Assembly (NCBI GenBank): GCA_043228905.1 | Contig: JBHGNT010000002.1 | Span: 2,604,001-2,668,000 of the forward strand | DNA length: 64,000 nucleotides | DNA from: Azolla caroliniana | Taxonomy: Eukaryota; Plantae; Polypodiophyta | Direction of reading: 5' to 3' | In this document: in pieces, positions 53,391-64,000 of the stretch | How the letters are laid out: every line of letters starts with the position of its first letter | How positions within the stretch are numbered: the stretch's first letter is position 1 | Made by a program: the position numbers and the translations under genes | Notes under the pieces: generated by a model | The model's input: the letters and a program-made list of their open reading frames with translations, nothing else | The model's database searches: none | Told to the model about the DNA's origin: nothing

Positions 53391-53488
53391 TCAAACATTA
53401 ACAGATTGAGACTAAGAGACAACTTGAGCATAAGACAAGTGTTGAGATATCAAGCTCAACTAGATTTAGTTAATTAGTCAACACACGT

Positions 53489-54528
53489 TGTCGTGAAGAT
53501 TTTCGGCAACGGTGTGAAAATTGCGAGGAATGTACAAAATCGAGTGTGGTTCTTCACACACAACATAAAACAATAATAGTGAAGATACTATTTTATACTA
53601 TTTAATATCTTAGTACAAAAAGATGGAGGTCTTCAAGAGCTTTCAAATACACTTTACCACATAAGAAACGGACAACTAAGTGGCAAGTTATGTGGGTATG
53701 AAGTTTGCAAAGAAGAAGAGAAAAAGCAAAACTACGAGATATCCCACATAGACAAGACAAATAAAGATCCCAGATTATATAAGGAGGGCCAAAATCTATA
53801 ACTTTGTGCTTATGAGTGGATCATAGAATGTTCAAGGTGGCTTGAGTTAAACTAATCGTATGATTTGATGTGGCCGACCGGATTCGGTGAGACGGCGACG
53901 GCGACCGAGACAAGGATCCGATCGGGATCGGATTGAACCGGTTGGGAGAGACTGATCGGTCGGTTGATCGTGATGCATTGTGTTTTGAAGAATTTCGGTG
54001 TAAATACAAGACCAAAAGCTTAGTAGTATTTTGTGTTTTAAAAGGGATGTGAGCATGGCTTGAACCTTGCACCTCTAAGTTAAAAGTCAATAGGCTTACC
54101 ACTAAGCTAAATCATATCTTCAAAAGTTTTACTTTGATCATTTTACATGTAAATTCTCATACATGAGAGCTTAGATGATGACATGGCAAACATGCATTGC
54201 ATGCATTACGTGTGTGTCTTGCACCCTCACATGCACCATATGCATGGGGGCATCTATAAAAGAGTGGAGGAATCAAGCAAGAAGAAACTAATGAAAAATT
54301 TGGGAAAAATAAGAAACTTGTAATACTATTGTTAATGTATCTTCTCTCTTAAATCTAAAAGTTAAAAGTTCAATCTTTATCTCGATATCTCTCTTTCATC
54401 ATATCAATCTCTCTCAATCTATCTTAAATACTTTCTCGCTAAAGTTAGAGCAAACTTCGAATCCTTCTGGTCCAGGACCCTGGTGGTTCCGCCTCACAAT
54501 CCGCACGTAGTGACGGATCTTCATGACA
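53489..54528 (+). mobile_element. Solo LTR, Ty3/gypsy 4-bp-TSD lineage
   Basis: TGTCGTGAAGATTTTCGGC...CTTCATGACA with TSD ACGT/ACAT. TATA at ~54255. Confidence 0.85.
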
Positions 54529-54567
54529 ACATAACTTAGTAGTTACCTAGATAGAATCTAGTTAGTG

Positions 54568-54918
54568 TGTTGACCTTAAAGCCTTAAATAGGATTTTGTA
54601 CTTGAGTGGGATACATTGTAGATCCTCCGTTCCCATGTTCATTTAATATAGGACTTAAAACCTTTGTACCTATATTCTACTCACACATGTGCACCTTTGC
54701 ACATGAGATGTATATATACCTCATTGTGGGTATTTTTGTATTTGATGATGCTCTTTAATATAGTTAATCATCCCCCATCTTGTCTCGTTGTTCATAAGTG
54801 TTCTTTTTCTCTTCCTCTCACACTCTCACATACATACACACACATCACATAATCTTCCGCTACTTAATCACATAATTAGGTACTAATTAACCCGTAGATA
54901 ATTACCTAATTCTTCACA
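54568..54918 (+). mobile_element. Copia-type LTR remnant
   Basis: TGTTGAC...TTCACA. The segment CACATACACAC...TCTTCCGCTAC resembles the reverse complement of the 5822 and 56600 LTRs. No TSD. Confidence 0.5.
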
Positions 54919-56599
54919 ATAAGATCAATGGAAACGAGATAGATAAAGACAACAAGCTGGGCATAAGGAGATGTAACAGTATTCTTCAAAAATAGAGTTC
55001 CAAAACAAAAATAGCAGCAATAACACTATATCAACCCTTTTCAACTAGGTTACAAAGTCAGTTTATATACTGACTAACTTAGGGCAACTGGTCTTCTCAC
55101 TATTTACAAAAATAGTTTAACCTAGTGTATCAAATGGGATAATGTGAATATGTCCATTAGAGACGAGTATTCGACACTCCCCCATAATGGGCGTATACAA
55201 CAGAGAATCTATAATAAATAAAAAAGAATACACATTTATACAAGGTTGTCGAACAAGTCGGCTTTGTTCGGGTCAACGAAATCCGAGAGCAGAAGGACGA
55301 ATCGTCTAGAGTCAGAAAAACTAAAGCCGAACCTCGAAATGTCAATAATGATTGTCTGATACTAGTTTAAGTGTCCGACTCAATTGGACCGATTCTTCTC
55401 TACACCCATCTGGTGCTGAAGGGATCGGAATCGATCCGCCAAAAGGCACTTGGTCATCCCATCTGCAACATTATTGTTGTAGGTATTTTCTCGAGGCCGA
55501 TTTTCCTTGAAATGACGCAGTCCCGAACAAAGTGATATCGAATGTCGATATGCTTGGAGGCATTGTGATGAACCGGATTTTTCGATAGAGCAACAACACC
55601 CTAATTGTCGTTGTAGACAACTGGCGCCAAACCGAATTTGGCTTGTCGAAACATGCAAGCTAGCCGGCCGAGCCATAATGCATCTTTTTGTCACGTCAAA
55701 CGCGACCATGTATTCGGCTTCGGTCGTTGATGTAGTAGTGCACTCCTGAAGTTTCAATTTACACGAGATTGCTCCATTCCCAAACTTGAAGCGGTATCCG
55801 GTTGTCGACTTTCGATTGTCCACACAAATGGCGAAGTCCGAGTCGATACAACCGACTACACCTAAAGTATCGTTCGGACCAAACAGGATGCCATAGTCTT
55901 TTGTGCCCAATAGATATCTGAACACATGCATTACTACATTCCAATGTGATCGACCGAGATTGTGCATGAATCTGCTAACGACTCTGACAACGTGAGCAAT
56001 AGCAGGTTGTGTCACGACCATCGCATACATCAAGGAGCCGATTGTTGGTGCATACGGTACCGACTCCATAATTTCCCCCTCCAGACCGGATGTTAGGCAG
56101 TCTCGTCGAGATAGCCAAAGACTAATTAGGAGCGCGGTCGAAGCAGATTTGGAGCGGGAGTGGGAGTCGGGAGACCCAACTCGAGTTGTTTTGGTGAAGA
56201 GGCAGTGGTCCTCATCGCTCTTGGAGAAGCTGACTGATTGGATGAAGTCGTCGAACTTCTTATACCATTGTCTCAGTGCCTGCTTTAGGCCGTATAGACT
56301 CTTCCTAAGTCAACAAACTAGATGTTCCTAGCCGGATGCCACAAAGCCTTTCAGTTGCTCCATATAAATTTCCTCCTCTAAGTCACCATGGAGGAATCTC
56401 GTTTTTACATCTAATTGGATCAGCTCTAGGTCCTCATCTCCCACGATGCCAAGCATGAAACGAAGAGTCATCATTTTCACCACTTGTGAAAAGATCTCGT
56501 TGAAGTCGACGCCATATTCCTGTCGGAAACCCTTTGCTACTAATATGGCCTTGACTTTGGGGTGGCCGAATCAAACATCTCTTTTAATCTATAGACCCA
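54919..56599 (-). mobile_element. Older degenerate copia 3' part, same family as the element at 58404-63913
   Basis: RT/RNase H closely parallels the intact copy (HNLGRSHWN, GYRFKFGNGAIS, ADRFRSL.HQMG). PPT at 55177-55187. LTR starts TGTCGAATAC at 55176. Confidence 0.88.
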
Positions 56600-58403
56600 T
56601 GTAAAGAATCAAGAGATGGATTCTTGTGAAACGGAAGAGATGTGAGTTATGTGTGTGTGTAAGAGAGAGAGAGTGTGTGTGAGTGAGTGAAACACAGAGA
56701 ATACGCAAGGTAAAAGTATATTGACAAAGGAGAAAGACTCAACATTATACAAGGTGGGAGGAGGGTGCTTTATGTAGTCACCCTCTCTCTTCATTAACTA
56801 CAAGACTCATGGAGCATGGGGAATGTGAAAGCTCATAAGTTATGTGTCATAGAATATGATTCTATGACTCATACTAAATGCTAGAATACAAAGTGGTGAC
56901 ATAATGGTGACTCTTGACCGTTGGAGTGTCTCTTCACTCTCAAGGTGAGTTCACACACTAGACCAAGTTGAGCTTGATTCTCAACACGCCCCCTCAAGCT
57001 CAAGTCGGGTCGGTTTCAGACGGTATCCGAAATCCGCTTCAACTCACGTTCCAGATTTCGCATTGATTCGCTTTATGCGGAGTTGCGGAATCCGTGCTCC
57101 AGCTTGCGTTGTGCGTAGTTACGAAGTTTGTGCTTCGGCTTGCGTCTTTCTTTGCGGCTTTGCGCGGTAGATCGGCTCTTCGCTGCTTCGTTGCGTGGTT
57201 GCGGAATCCACGCGTTACTGTGTAATGTCTTCAGTACTCCCCCTCAAGCTTGGTAGGTCAGGGATTGTCAATCCGAGATTGGTCATGAATTGCCATAGCT
57301 TGTCGGCTCCTAAGGCTTTAGTGAAGATGTCGGCCGTTTGAAGATTGGTGCTAATGTGTTGTAGGTCGACATCGCCAGCCATAACGCGCTCTTGGATGAA
57401 GTGATAGTGCACTTCGATGTGCTTTGTCCGCGCGTGGAACATCGGGTTCCGAGCCAGATAGATACTACTCATGTTGTCGCAGTACAGGGAAGTTGGATCC
57501 TTGATGGGTACACCCCGACCCTTCAAAATCCTCTTGAGCCATATGGCTTCACACGCAGCTACGGTTGCGCCCCTGTATTCCGCCTCCGTACTCGAAAGAG
57601 CGACGGTAGGCTGCTTCTTGCTACTCCAAGATATTGCTCCGTTGCCGAGGGAGAAAACAAATCCGGAGGTTGATCTTCTATCGGCTTTGTAGCCGGCCCA
57701 ATCGGCGTCTGTGTACCCCTCGAGTCGTATTGGCATCGCGGTCTTGTAGAGGATGCCGCAATCCATTGTGCCGCTCACGAAGCGTAGAACTCGCTTAGCG
57801 CAATCCAAGTGAGTATCACGCGGTGTTTGCATGAATTGGCTTAGGAGACCGACCGGATAACTGAGATCGGGTCGTGTGATCGTGAGGTAGATGAGACTCC
57901 CGATGAGTTGTCGATACTGAGTCAGCTCACACGCTTTGGTGCCGGAGTTCGCATCTAGTTTGAGATTGCGATCGAGCGGGGTTGCCACAGATTTGCACTC
58001 AGCCATCCCGAACTTGTATAACAAGTTGAGGATGTAGTGCCGTTGAGAGATCATGATTCCGGCCGGAGTCCGAATTACCTCGATGCCGAGGAAGTAGTGG
58101 AGCTCCTTCATGTTCGTCATCTCGAACTTGTCGGAAAGGAGGGATTTGACCTTATTGATTTCGACGAGATGCTCACCTCCAATGATTAGGTCATCCACAT
58201 ATAAGATGATGACGATCGGACTTGCGGAATCGCTTCATATGTAGAGGGAGTTGTCCGATTTTAACATACGGAAGCCGATTTGATGAAGATATTGCGTTAT
58301 CTTCAAATGCCAAGCACGCGGTGCTTGCTTGAGGCCGTACAGTGGCTTCTTGAGTCGGCATACGGCTTTTGGATGAGTGCTCGAGTTGAAGCCAGGTGGT
58401 TGG

Positions 58404-61400
58404 TGTCGAATACAAGTGTATAATGGACGTATTCACACTATCCCTTTGTATAGCCCAAGTTTGGGGCATTTGTGTAATTAGCATAAAGGGTAGTTGCCCT
58501 AAGTCGGTCACTATATATAGTGACCTTGTAACCTTTTTGTAAGGTTGGGTGTTGTATTCTTTTTCTATTGAATAAAGAGTCTTTTGTGTGTCTCTCTCTC
58601 TCTCTCCCTCTCTCCATCTCTGTGCAACGACCTAGAATCTGTTATACGCAGGTACAGAAGAGAAAAGAACGCTTCTTGATCTTCCGCATAGACGACCTCG
58701 TCCCCAACATCTGGTATCAGAGCCTGCACAGTAGTCGGTCCTTCAATCCGCTGTCGGCCGTCGTCTCAGCCTGCACAACATTCGGTTTCCTGCGTCATTC
58801 GAAGAAGAGAGAAGAAGAAGAGAAACGAGGTTTGCATCTCATCGCGTTAGATCATCTTCGCTTGGAGTAAGCCAGCAGGTTGTACTCTGTCCCTTGTGAT
58901 CGTAACCGCTCGAGGTGAAATCCCCTTGTGCAACATTGACACGATCGTGCTCCATTCGGTTAAACGGCATCCGAAGAGGTAATCAAACGCCGCTCACTGT
59001 AACCACTCGGTGCAGATCGGTCTCAAGACAACAACCCCAAATTCGTGCTTCATCCGGCTGATCGACATTCGAGAGGATCAGTTGGATCTGTCTCTCTCGT
59101 CGCTGCAGCCACCCGAAGCAGAATCGGTCCAGACAATCGGTTTCAATAATCGGTATTCGGCATATATATCCGAAGCGAACCGGGCTCACTCCGACTCGGC
59201 AACATTCGGGAAGACCAGTCGGTTCTGTCCCTCAAGTTACCGGAGTCAATTCGAGCAAGTTCAACAATACATATATCCGAAGCCGAACCGACTCGGGTTC
59301 AAATCCGACTAGAACGATATCGGGTGAGCCAACCGGCTGCACCTCAACAAGGTTCGTAGTCAACTCCGAACCGAGCTCCGTCAACCGAAACCAAATTTGA
59401 TGGCATCAACATCCGGCTCGTCAGAAATGAGTCTACGAAAGTTCGATGGATCGAACTTCAACTTCTGGAAGGAGCAAATGCAGGACTATCTCATAGTCAA
59501 GGGGCAAATCGATCCCATCGAAAATGAAGAACCTCCAGAAGGATACAAACCAATTGAGTGGCAGAAGCTGGACAGAATCGTCCGCGCCACGATTCGGATG
59601 CACCTATCGGAATCGGTATATTTTACGGTGCAATCGTGTACGACAGCATTCGAACTGTGGAAAACACTGTCGGACACTTACGAAAAGAAGGTCGCCGCAA
59701 CGAAGATGTTTCTGATCCGGCGCCTCTACAACTTGCGGATGAAAGAATCCGATTCGGTTCAAGCACACCTTAATGAGTACGAAAGCATAAGCTCCCAAAT
59801 CTCATCTCAGGGGACGGCAATCGAGGATGAACTCAGAGCAATGATACTCATGAGTAGCCTTCCCTCATCATGGGAAACTTTCGTCACAACCGTGTGCAAC
59901 GCGTCAACCACAGCTGTTAAATACTCCGAAGTCACGAGCGCAATCCTGACCGAAGCAGCTCGGAGAAAGTCTTTCGCCAAAGACTCAACAGACGACGCTT
60001 ACGTAGTACAAGGTTCGACAGACCGATCGAACATACGAGGAAGAGATTCCTCACGGCCGCCGAACAATCAGCGAAGACGGAGCCAGTCACGGGATAACCG
60101 AACCTGCAACTATTGCAAGAAACCCGGACACATCAAAGCCGACTGCCGCGCACTCAAGAACAAGAACAACAAGAAGAGTGGCCGGCATGAGGAGATCAAT
60201 TATGTCAGCTTCTCAGCTGATGTGCTCCCAGACGACCCGAATATACTATCAATCGAAAATCCAGTCGGATCAGAAGTCCTACTCACGACTGAAGAGTCGA
60301 GCACATGGCTCTTAGATTCGGGCGCGTCATTTCACGTGACTCCTCATCGATCCCAATTTCGGCAATATACGATCCGTCACTCCGACTCAGTTCGAGTCGG
60401 CAACTCACAACACTGTGACATCATCGGAATCGGCACAGTAGAGCTCAACCTTGCAGGTGGCTCTACACTTGTACTCCACAATGTCCGACATGTACCCGAG
60501 CTCTCAAGACCATTGATCTCAGTCGGACAACTAGATGAAGACGGCATTCGTGCCGGTTTTTCTTCGGGAGGGTGGACACTCCACAGGGGGAACCTCCTGC
60601 TTGCTAGAGGACCCAAGATACACTCACTGTATCCGTTACATGTTACGCTCAGAGAGGGTAACCTGTTTTTGGTGGATATTCCTGTGTCATCACTATGGCA
60701 CAGAAGACTAGGACACCTCAGCAAGGCCGGCATCACGCATCTATCTAGAGCTGGATACATCCCCAAACTCTCCTTTTCCGACCATCAATTCTGCGAGCAT
60801 TGCCAGTATGGCAAACAAGCAGCCGCATCACACCCGACATCAGCACCAAGAGAAACGAGACCTCTCGATTTAGTCCATTCGGACGTCTGTGGCCCAATGC
60901 CGCATCAGTCTCTAGGCGGTGCCTCTTACTTCGTCACTTTTATTGACGATTCGACTCGAAAGGTGTGGGCTTATCCGATTCGCACCAAAGATCGGGTCTT
61001 CTCGATCTTCTCAGATTGGCTCGCTGTGGTAGAAAATCAAACCGACCGAAAACTGAAATGCTTTTGGACCGACAATGGGGGAGAGTTCAAATCAGAAGAA
61101 TTCGTCAAATTCTGCCGACAACGCGGCATCCGACGTGAATTTACGGCACCACACAGCCCGGAGCAAAACGGGATTGCCGAACGCAGGAATCGGACAATCC
61201 AAGAACGGATAGTTTCCATGCTCCAACACTCCGGACTGTCGGATGGCTTCTGGGCAGAGGCTCTACTCACGGCAGTACACATGATCAATATGTCGCCAAG
61301 TAGACCTCTAGGACTTCAAATTCCTCAGGAACTATGGATCGGCAGTAAGCCGAATTACGACAAGCTGAGGATCTTCGGATGCGAGGCGTACGCCCTTATT

Positions 61401-63913
61401 CCGAAAGATGATCGCCGAAAACTTGCACCTCGGTCCAGGAAATGCATTTTCCTTGGATATGGATCCGACGGCGAAATGGGATACCGACTCTGGGATCCCG
61501 AACGCAGACAAATCGTCCGAAGTTCGGACGTTGTGTTCAACGAGTCGGCTATGAATCCATCAGTCGAAAAACCGATCGAAGTCCGAAGGGTAACATTTTC
61601 CGATGTGCCGACCCTTCAAGAAGGCCCCGCTCTTAACACACGGTCAGCTTCACGGGTAGCTGAACCTTACACTACCGACTCGGACAACCCCGACTCGGCA
61701 CAGCAGAACAATCCGCTTTCGGACCATCCGACCTTGATACCCGATGCGACCAATCCAATCATACCTCGACGATCCGAGAGACTGTCGCAACCTCCGGAGA
61801 GGTACTCTCCTGGAATTTTCTTCACCGACGCCGGCGAACCGACGTCTTACGAAGAAGCATCGACATCTGTCGATTCAGCCACCTGGCATCTGGCGATGGA
61901 GTCGGAAATGCACTCCATTCGGGCAAACAAGACTTGGGATCTGGTCGAATTACCTAGGAACCGACGTGCTCTTCCTTGCAAGTGGGTTTATCGACTAAAA
62001 GAGACGTCTGATTCGACCACCCCAAAGTACAAGGCCAGATTAGTTGCGAAGGGCTTTCGACAAGAATATGGCGTCGACTTCGACGAGATTTTTTCACCAG
62101 TGGTGAAAATGACAACCCTTCGTTTTCTACTCGGCGTAGTGGCAGCCGACAACTTGGAGCTGATTCAGCTAGATGTCAAAACAGCCTTCCTCCATGGTGA
62201 TCTCGAGGAGGAAATTTATATGGAGCAGCCAAAAGGCTTCGTGGCAACTGGCCAAGAACATCTAGTCTGCCGACTCAGGAAGAGTCTATACGGCCTCAAA
62301 CAGGCACCGCGACAATGGTACAAGAAGTTCGACGACTTCATCCAATCGATCGGCTTCTCAAAAAGCGATGAGGACCATTGTCTCTTCACCAACACAGCTC
62401 AAGATGGATCACCCATCTTCCTCATCATCTACGTGGACGACATGCTAATTTCTGGACGCCACGCGGGCGAACTTGCCGATCTCATTCGGCAACTGCGGTT
62501 GAAGTTTGCAATGAAGGACCTCGGTCCGGCACGACACATACTCGGCATGAAGATTAGTCGGCATCGCGATAAACGACATCTTTTTTTGTCTCAGACCGAC
62601 TATATCCGACGTGTCTTGGAACGCTTCAACATGCAATCAGCCAAATCTGCTTCAACCCCGCTCCCAATGAATCTTCGGCTCTCTCAGCGAGACTGCCCGA
62701 CATCCGGCCCGGAGGGGGAAGATATGAAGTTGGTACCGTATGCACCGGCAGTCGGCTCCCTTATGTACCTGATGGTCGCGACACGGCCTGATATTTCTCA
62801 TGCCGTAGGAGTCGTTAGCAGATTTATGCACAATCCTGGCCGATCGCATTGGAACGCAGTCAAGCATGTGTTCAGATATCTGGCTGGCACAAAAGACCAT
62901 GGCATTCTTTTCGGTCCGAACCGAACCTCAGGCGTAGTCGGTTACACCGACTCGGATTTTGCCGGCTGTATAGACAGTCGGAAATCAACAACCGGATACT
63001 GCTTCAAATTCGGCAATGGAGCAATCTCGTGGAAGTCGAAACTTCAGGAGTGCACAGCGACCTCAATGACCGAAGCAGAATATGTAGCTGCGTCCGACGC
63101 AGCAAAAGAAGCTTTGTGGCTCGGTCGGCTGGCGCACACGTTTCGACAAGTCGACCATGACTCGGCTCCAGTTGTCTACAGCGACAGTCAAGGTGTTGTT
63201 GCCTTGTCGAAAAATCCGGTTCACCACAACGCCTCCAAACATATCGACGTTCGATATCACTTCGTTCGGGACTGCGTCATTTCAGGGAAAATCGGTCTAG
63301 AGAAAATATCCACAACCGACAATGTCGCAGATGGAATGACCAAGTGTCTTTCGGCAGACCGTTTTCGGTCTCTTCGGCATCAGATGGGCGTAACGACAAA
63401 CCAGTCCGGTTAGAGCCGGACACAGAGCAGGATGGTTCCCGACAACCGACATCAGTTCCTTAATGATCGGCTTCAACTGTTCCGACCCGACCAGTTCGGT
63501 CTTCTGCCTTCGGACCCTGCCGACTCGAACAAAAACTGATATGTCCGAGAACCTAGGTTTATACCTGTAATCTTAGATAGCCCATGTATACGCCCATTAC
63601 GGGGGAGTGTCGAATACAAGTGTATAATGGACGTATTCACACTATCCCTTTGTATAGCCCAAGTTTGGGGCATTTGTGTAATTAGCATAAAGGGTAGTTG
63701 CCCTAAGTCGGTCACTATATATAGTGACCTTGTAACCTTTTTGTAAGGTTGGGTGTTGTATTCTTTTTCTATTGAATAAAGAGTCTTTTGTGTCTCTCTC
63801 TCTCTCTCTCCCTCTCTCCATCTCTGTGCAACGACCTAGAATCTGTTATACGCAGGTACAGAAGAGAAAAGAACGCTTCTTGATCTTCCGCATAGACGAC
63901 CTCGTCCCCAACA
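58404..63913 (+). mobile_element. Young, intact Tnt1-like Ty1/copia retrotransposon
   Basis: 306-bp LTRs at 58404-58709 and 63608-63913, with one difference noticed. TSD GTTGG. PBS TGGTATCAGAGC at 58712. PPT GGGGGAG at 63601. Confidence 0.98.
59400..63413 (+). CDS. Copia Gag-Pol polyprotein (Gag CCHC, protease, integrase, RT, RNase H)
   Basis: Uninterrupted ORF containing CNYCKKPGHIKADC, WLLDSGAS, HSDVCGP, TDNGGEF, QLDVKTAFLHG, YVDDML, TDSDFAG and KHIDVRYHF. Confidence 0.97.
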   Translation: MASTSGSSEMSLRKFDGSNFNFWKEQMQDYLIVKGQIDPIENEEPPEGYKPIEWQKLDRIVRATIRMHLSESVYFTVQSCTTAFELWKTLSDTYEKKVAATKMFLIRRLYNLRMKESDSVQAHLNEYESISSQISSQGTAIEDELRAMILMSSLPSSWETFVTTVCNASTTAVKYSEVTSAILTEAARRKSFAKDSTDDAYVVQGSTDRSNIRGRDSSRPPNNQRRRSQSRDNRTCNYCKKPGHIKADCRALKNKNNKKSGRHEEINYVSFSADVLPDDPNILSIENPVGSEVLLTTEESSTWLLDSGASFHVTPHRSQFRQYTIRHSDSVRVGNSQHCDIIGIGTVELNLAGGSTLVLHNVRHVPELSRPLISVGQLDEDGIRAGFSSGGWTLHRGNLLLARGPKIHSLYPLHVTLREGNLFLVDIPVSSLWHRRLGHLSKAGITHLSRAGYIPKLSFSDHQFCEHCQYGKQAAASHPTSAPRETRPLDLVHSDVCGPMPHQSLGGASYFVTFIDDSTRKVWAYPIRTKDRVFSIFSDWLAVVENQTDRKLKCFWTDNGGEFKSEEFVKFCRQRGIRREFTAPHSPEQNGIAERRNRTIQERIVSMLQHSGLSDGFWAEALLTAVHMINMSPSRPLGLQIPQELWIGSKPNYDKLRIFGCEAYALIPKDDRRKLAPRSRKCIFLGYGSDGEMGYRLWDPERRQIVRSSDVVFNESAMNPSVEKPIEVRRVTFSDVPTLQEGPALNTRSASRVAEPYTTDSDNPDSAQQNNPLSDHPTLIPDATNPIIPRRSERLSQPPERYSPGIFFTDAGEPTSYEEASTSVDSATWHLAMESEMHSIRANKTWDLVELPRNRRALPCKWVYRLKETSDSTTPKYKARLVAKGFRQEYGVDFDEIFSPVVKMTTLRFLLGVVAADNLELIQLDVKTAFLHGDLEEEIYMEQPKGFVATGQEHLVCRLRKSLYGLKQAPRQWYKKFDDFIQSIGFSKSDEDHCLFTNTAQDGSPIFLIIYVDDMLISGRHAGELADLIRQLRLKFAMKDLGPARHILGMKISRHRDKRHLFLSQTDYIRRVLERFNMQSAKSASTPLPMNLRLSQRDCPTSGPEGEDMKLVPYAPAVGSLMYLMVATRPDISHAVGVVSRFMHNPGRSHWNAVKHVFRYLAGTKDHGILFGPNRTSGVVGYTDSDFAGCIDSRKSTTGYCFKFGNGAISWKSKLQECTATSMTEAEYVAASDAAKEALWLGRLAHTFRQVDHDSAPVVYSDSQGVVALSKNPVHHNASKHIDVRYHFVRDCVISGKIGLEKISTTDNVADGMTKCLSADRFRSLRHQMGVTTNQSG

Positions 63914-64000
63914 GTTGGATCATGTACACCTCCTCTTCTAATTCTCCTTGTAGAAAGGCGTTCTTGACGTCCATTTGATGGAGGTGCCGCCCTTTCGCCG

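Larger units (their letters stand above)
56600..64000 (-). mobile_element. Ty1/copia element (3' LTR 56600-56986, PPT, RNase H and RT), extends beyond the window
   Basis: ORF 57215-58198 (YLTITRPDL, TDADWAG, RTKHIEVHYHF). RT resumes after 63918 (QMDVKNAF). Confidence 0.92.

Noticed and set aside
54044-54118. Functional tRNA-Lys gene
   Set aside because: Acceptor and T stems are mispaired or out of register; kept only as a tRNA-like motif.

Overview
Eukaryotic, TE-saturated plant DNA, probably from a seed-free plant such as a fern (inferred from the PLS-type PPR, IQD, RPP3 and VQ sequences and from the retrotransposon types). There is one intact host gene, an intronless VQ-motif gene at 46350-47126. 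There is also one young intact Ty1/copia element (58404-63913) with near-identical LTRs. The rest is a layered TE graveyard: a chromovirus remnant, L1- and RTE-like LINEs, MITEs and solo LTRs. A 22-kb Ty3/gypsy element primed by tRNA-Trp (20207-42412) has absorbed a 189-bp satellite array, a 5.5-kb TIR element with gene-fragment cargo (RPP3, IQD, PPR), a solo LTR, a copia element and a 3316-bp tandem duplication. The top candidate is a spliced, prokaryote-like beta-class N4C/N6A DNA methyltransferase pseudogene (10729-12287). It only becomes readable after removing an intron and a solo LTR, and it faces possible CACTA transposase remnants. Also notable: all five insertion sites of the gypsy lineage read, or can be reconstructed, as CpG-centred 4-mers. 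All family assignments come from motif recognition by eye; no searches were run.
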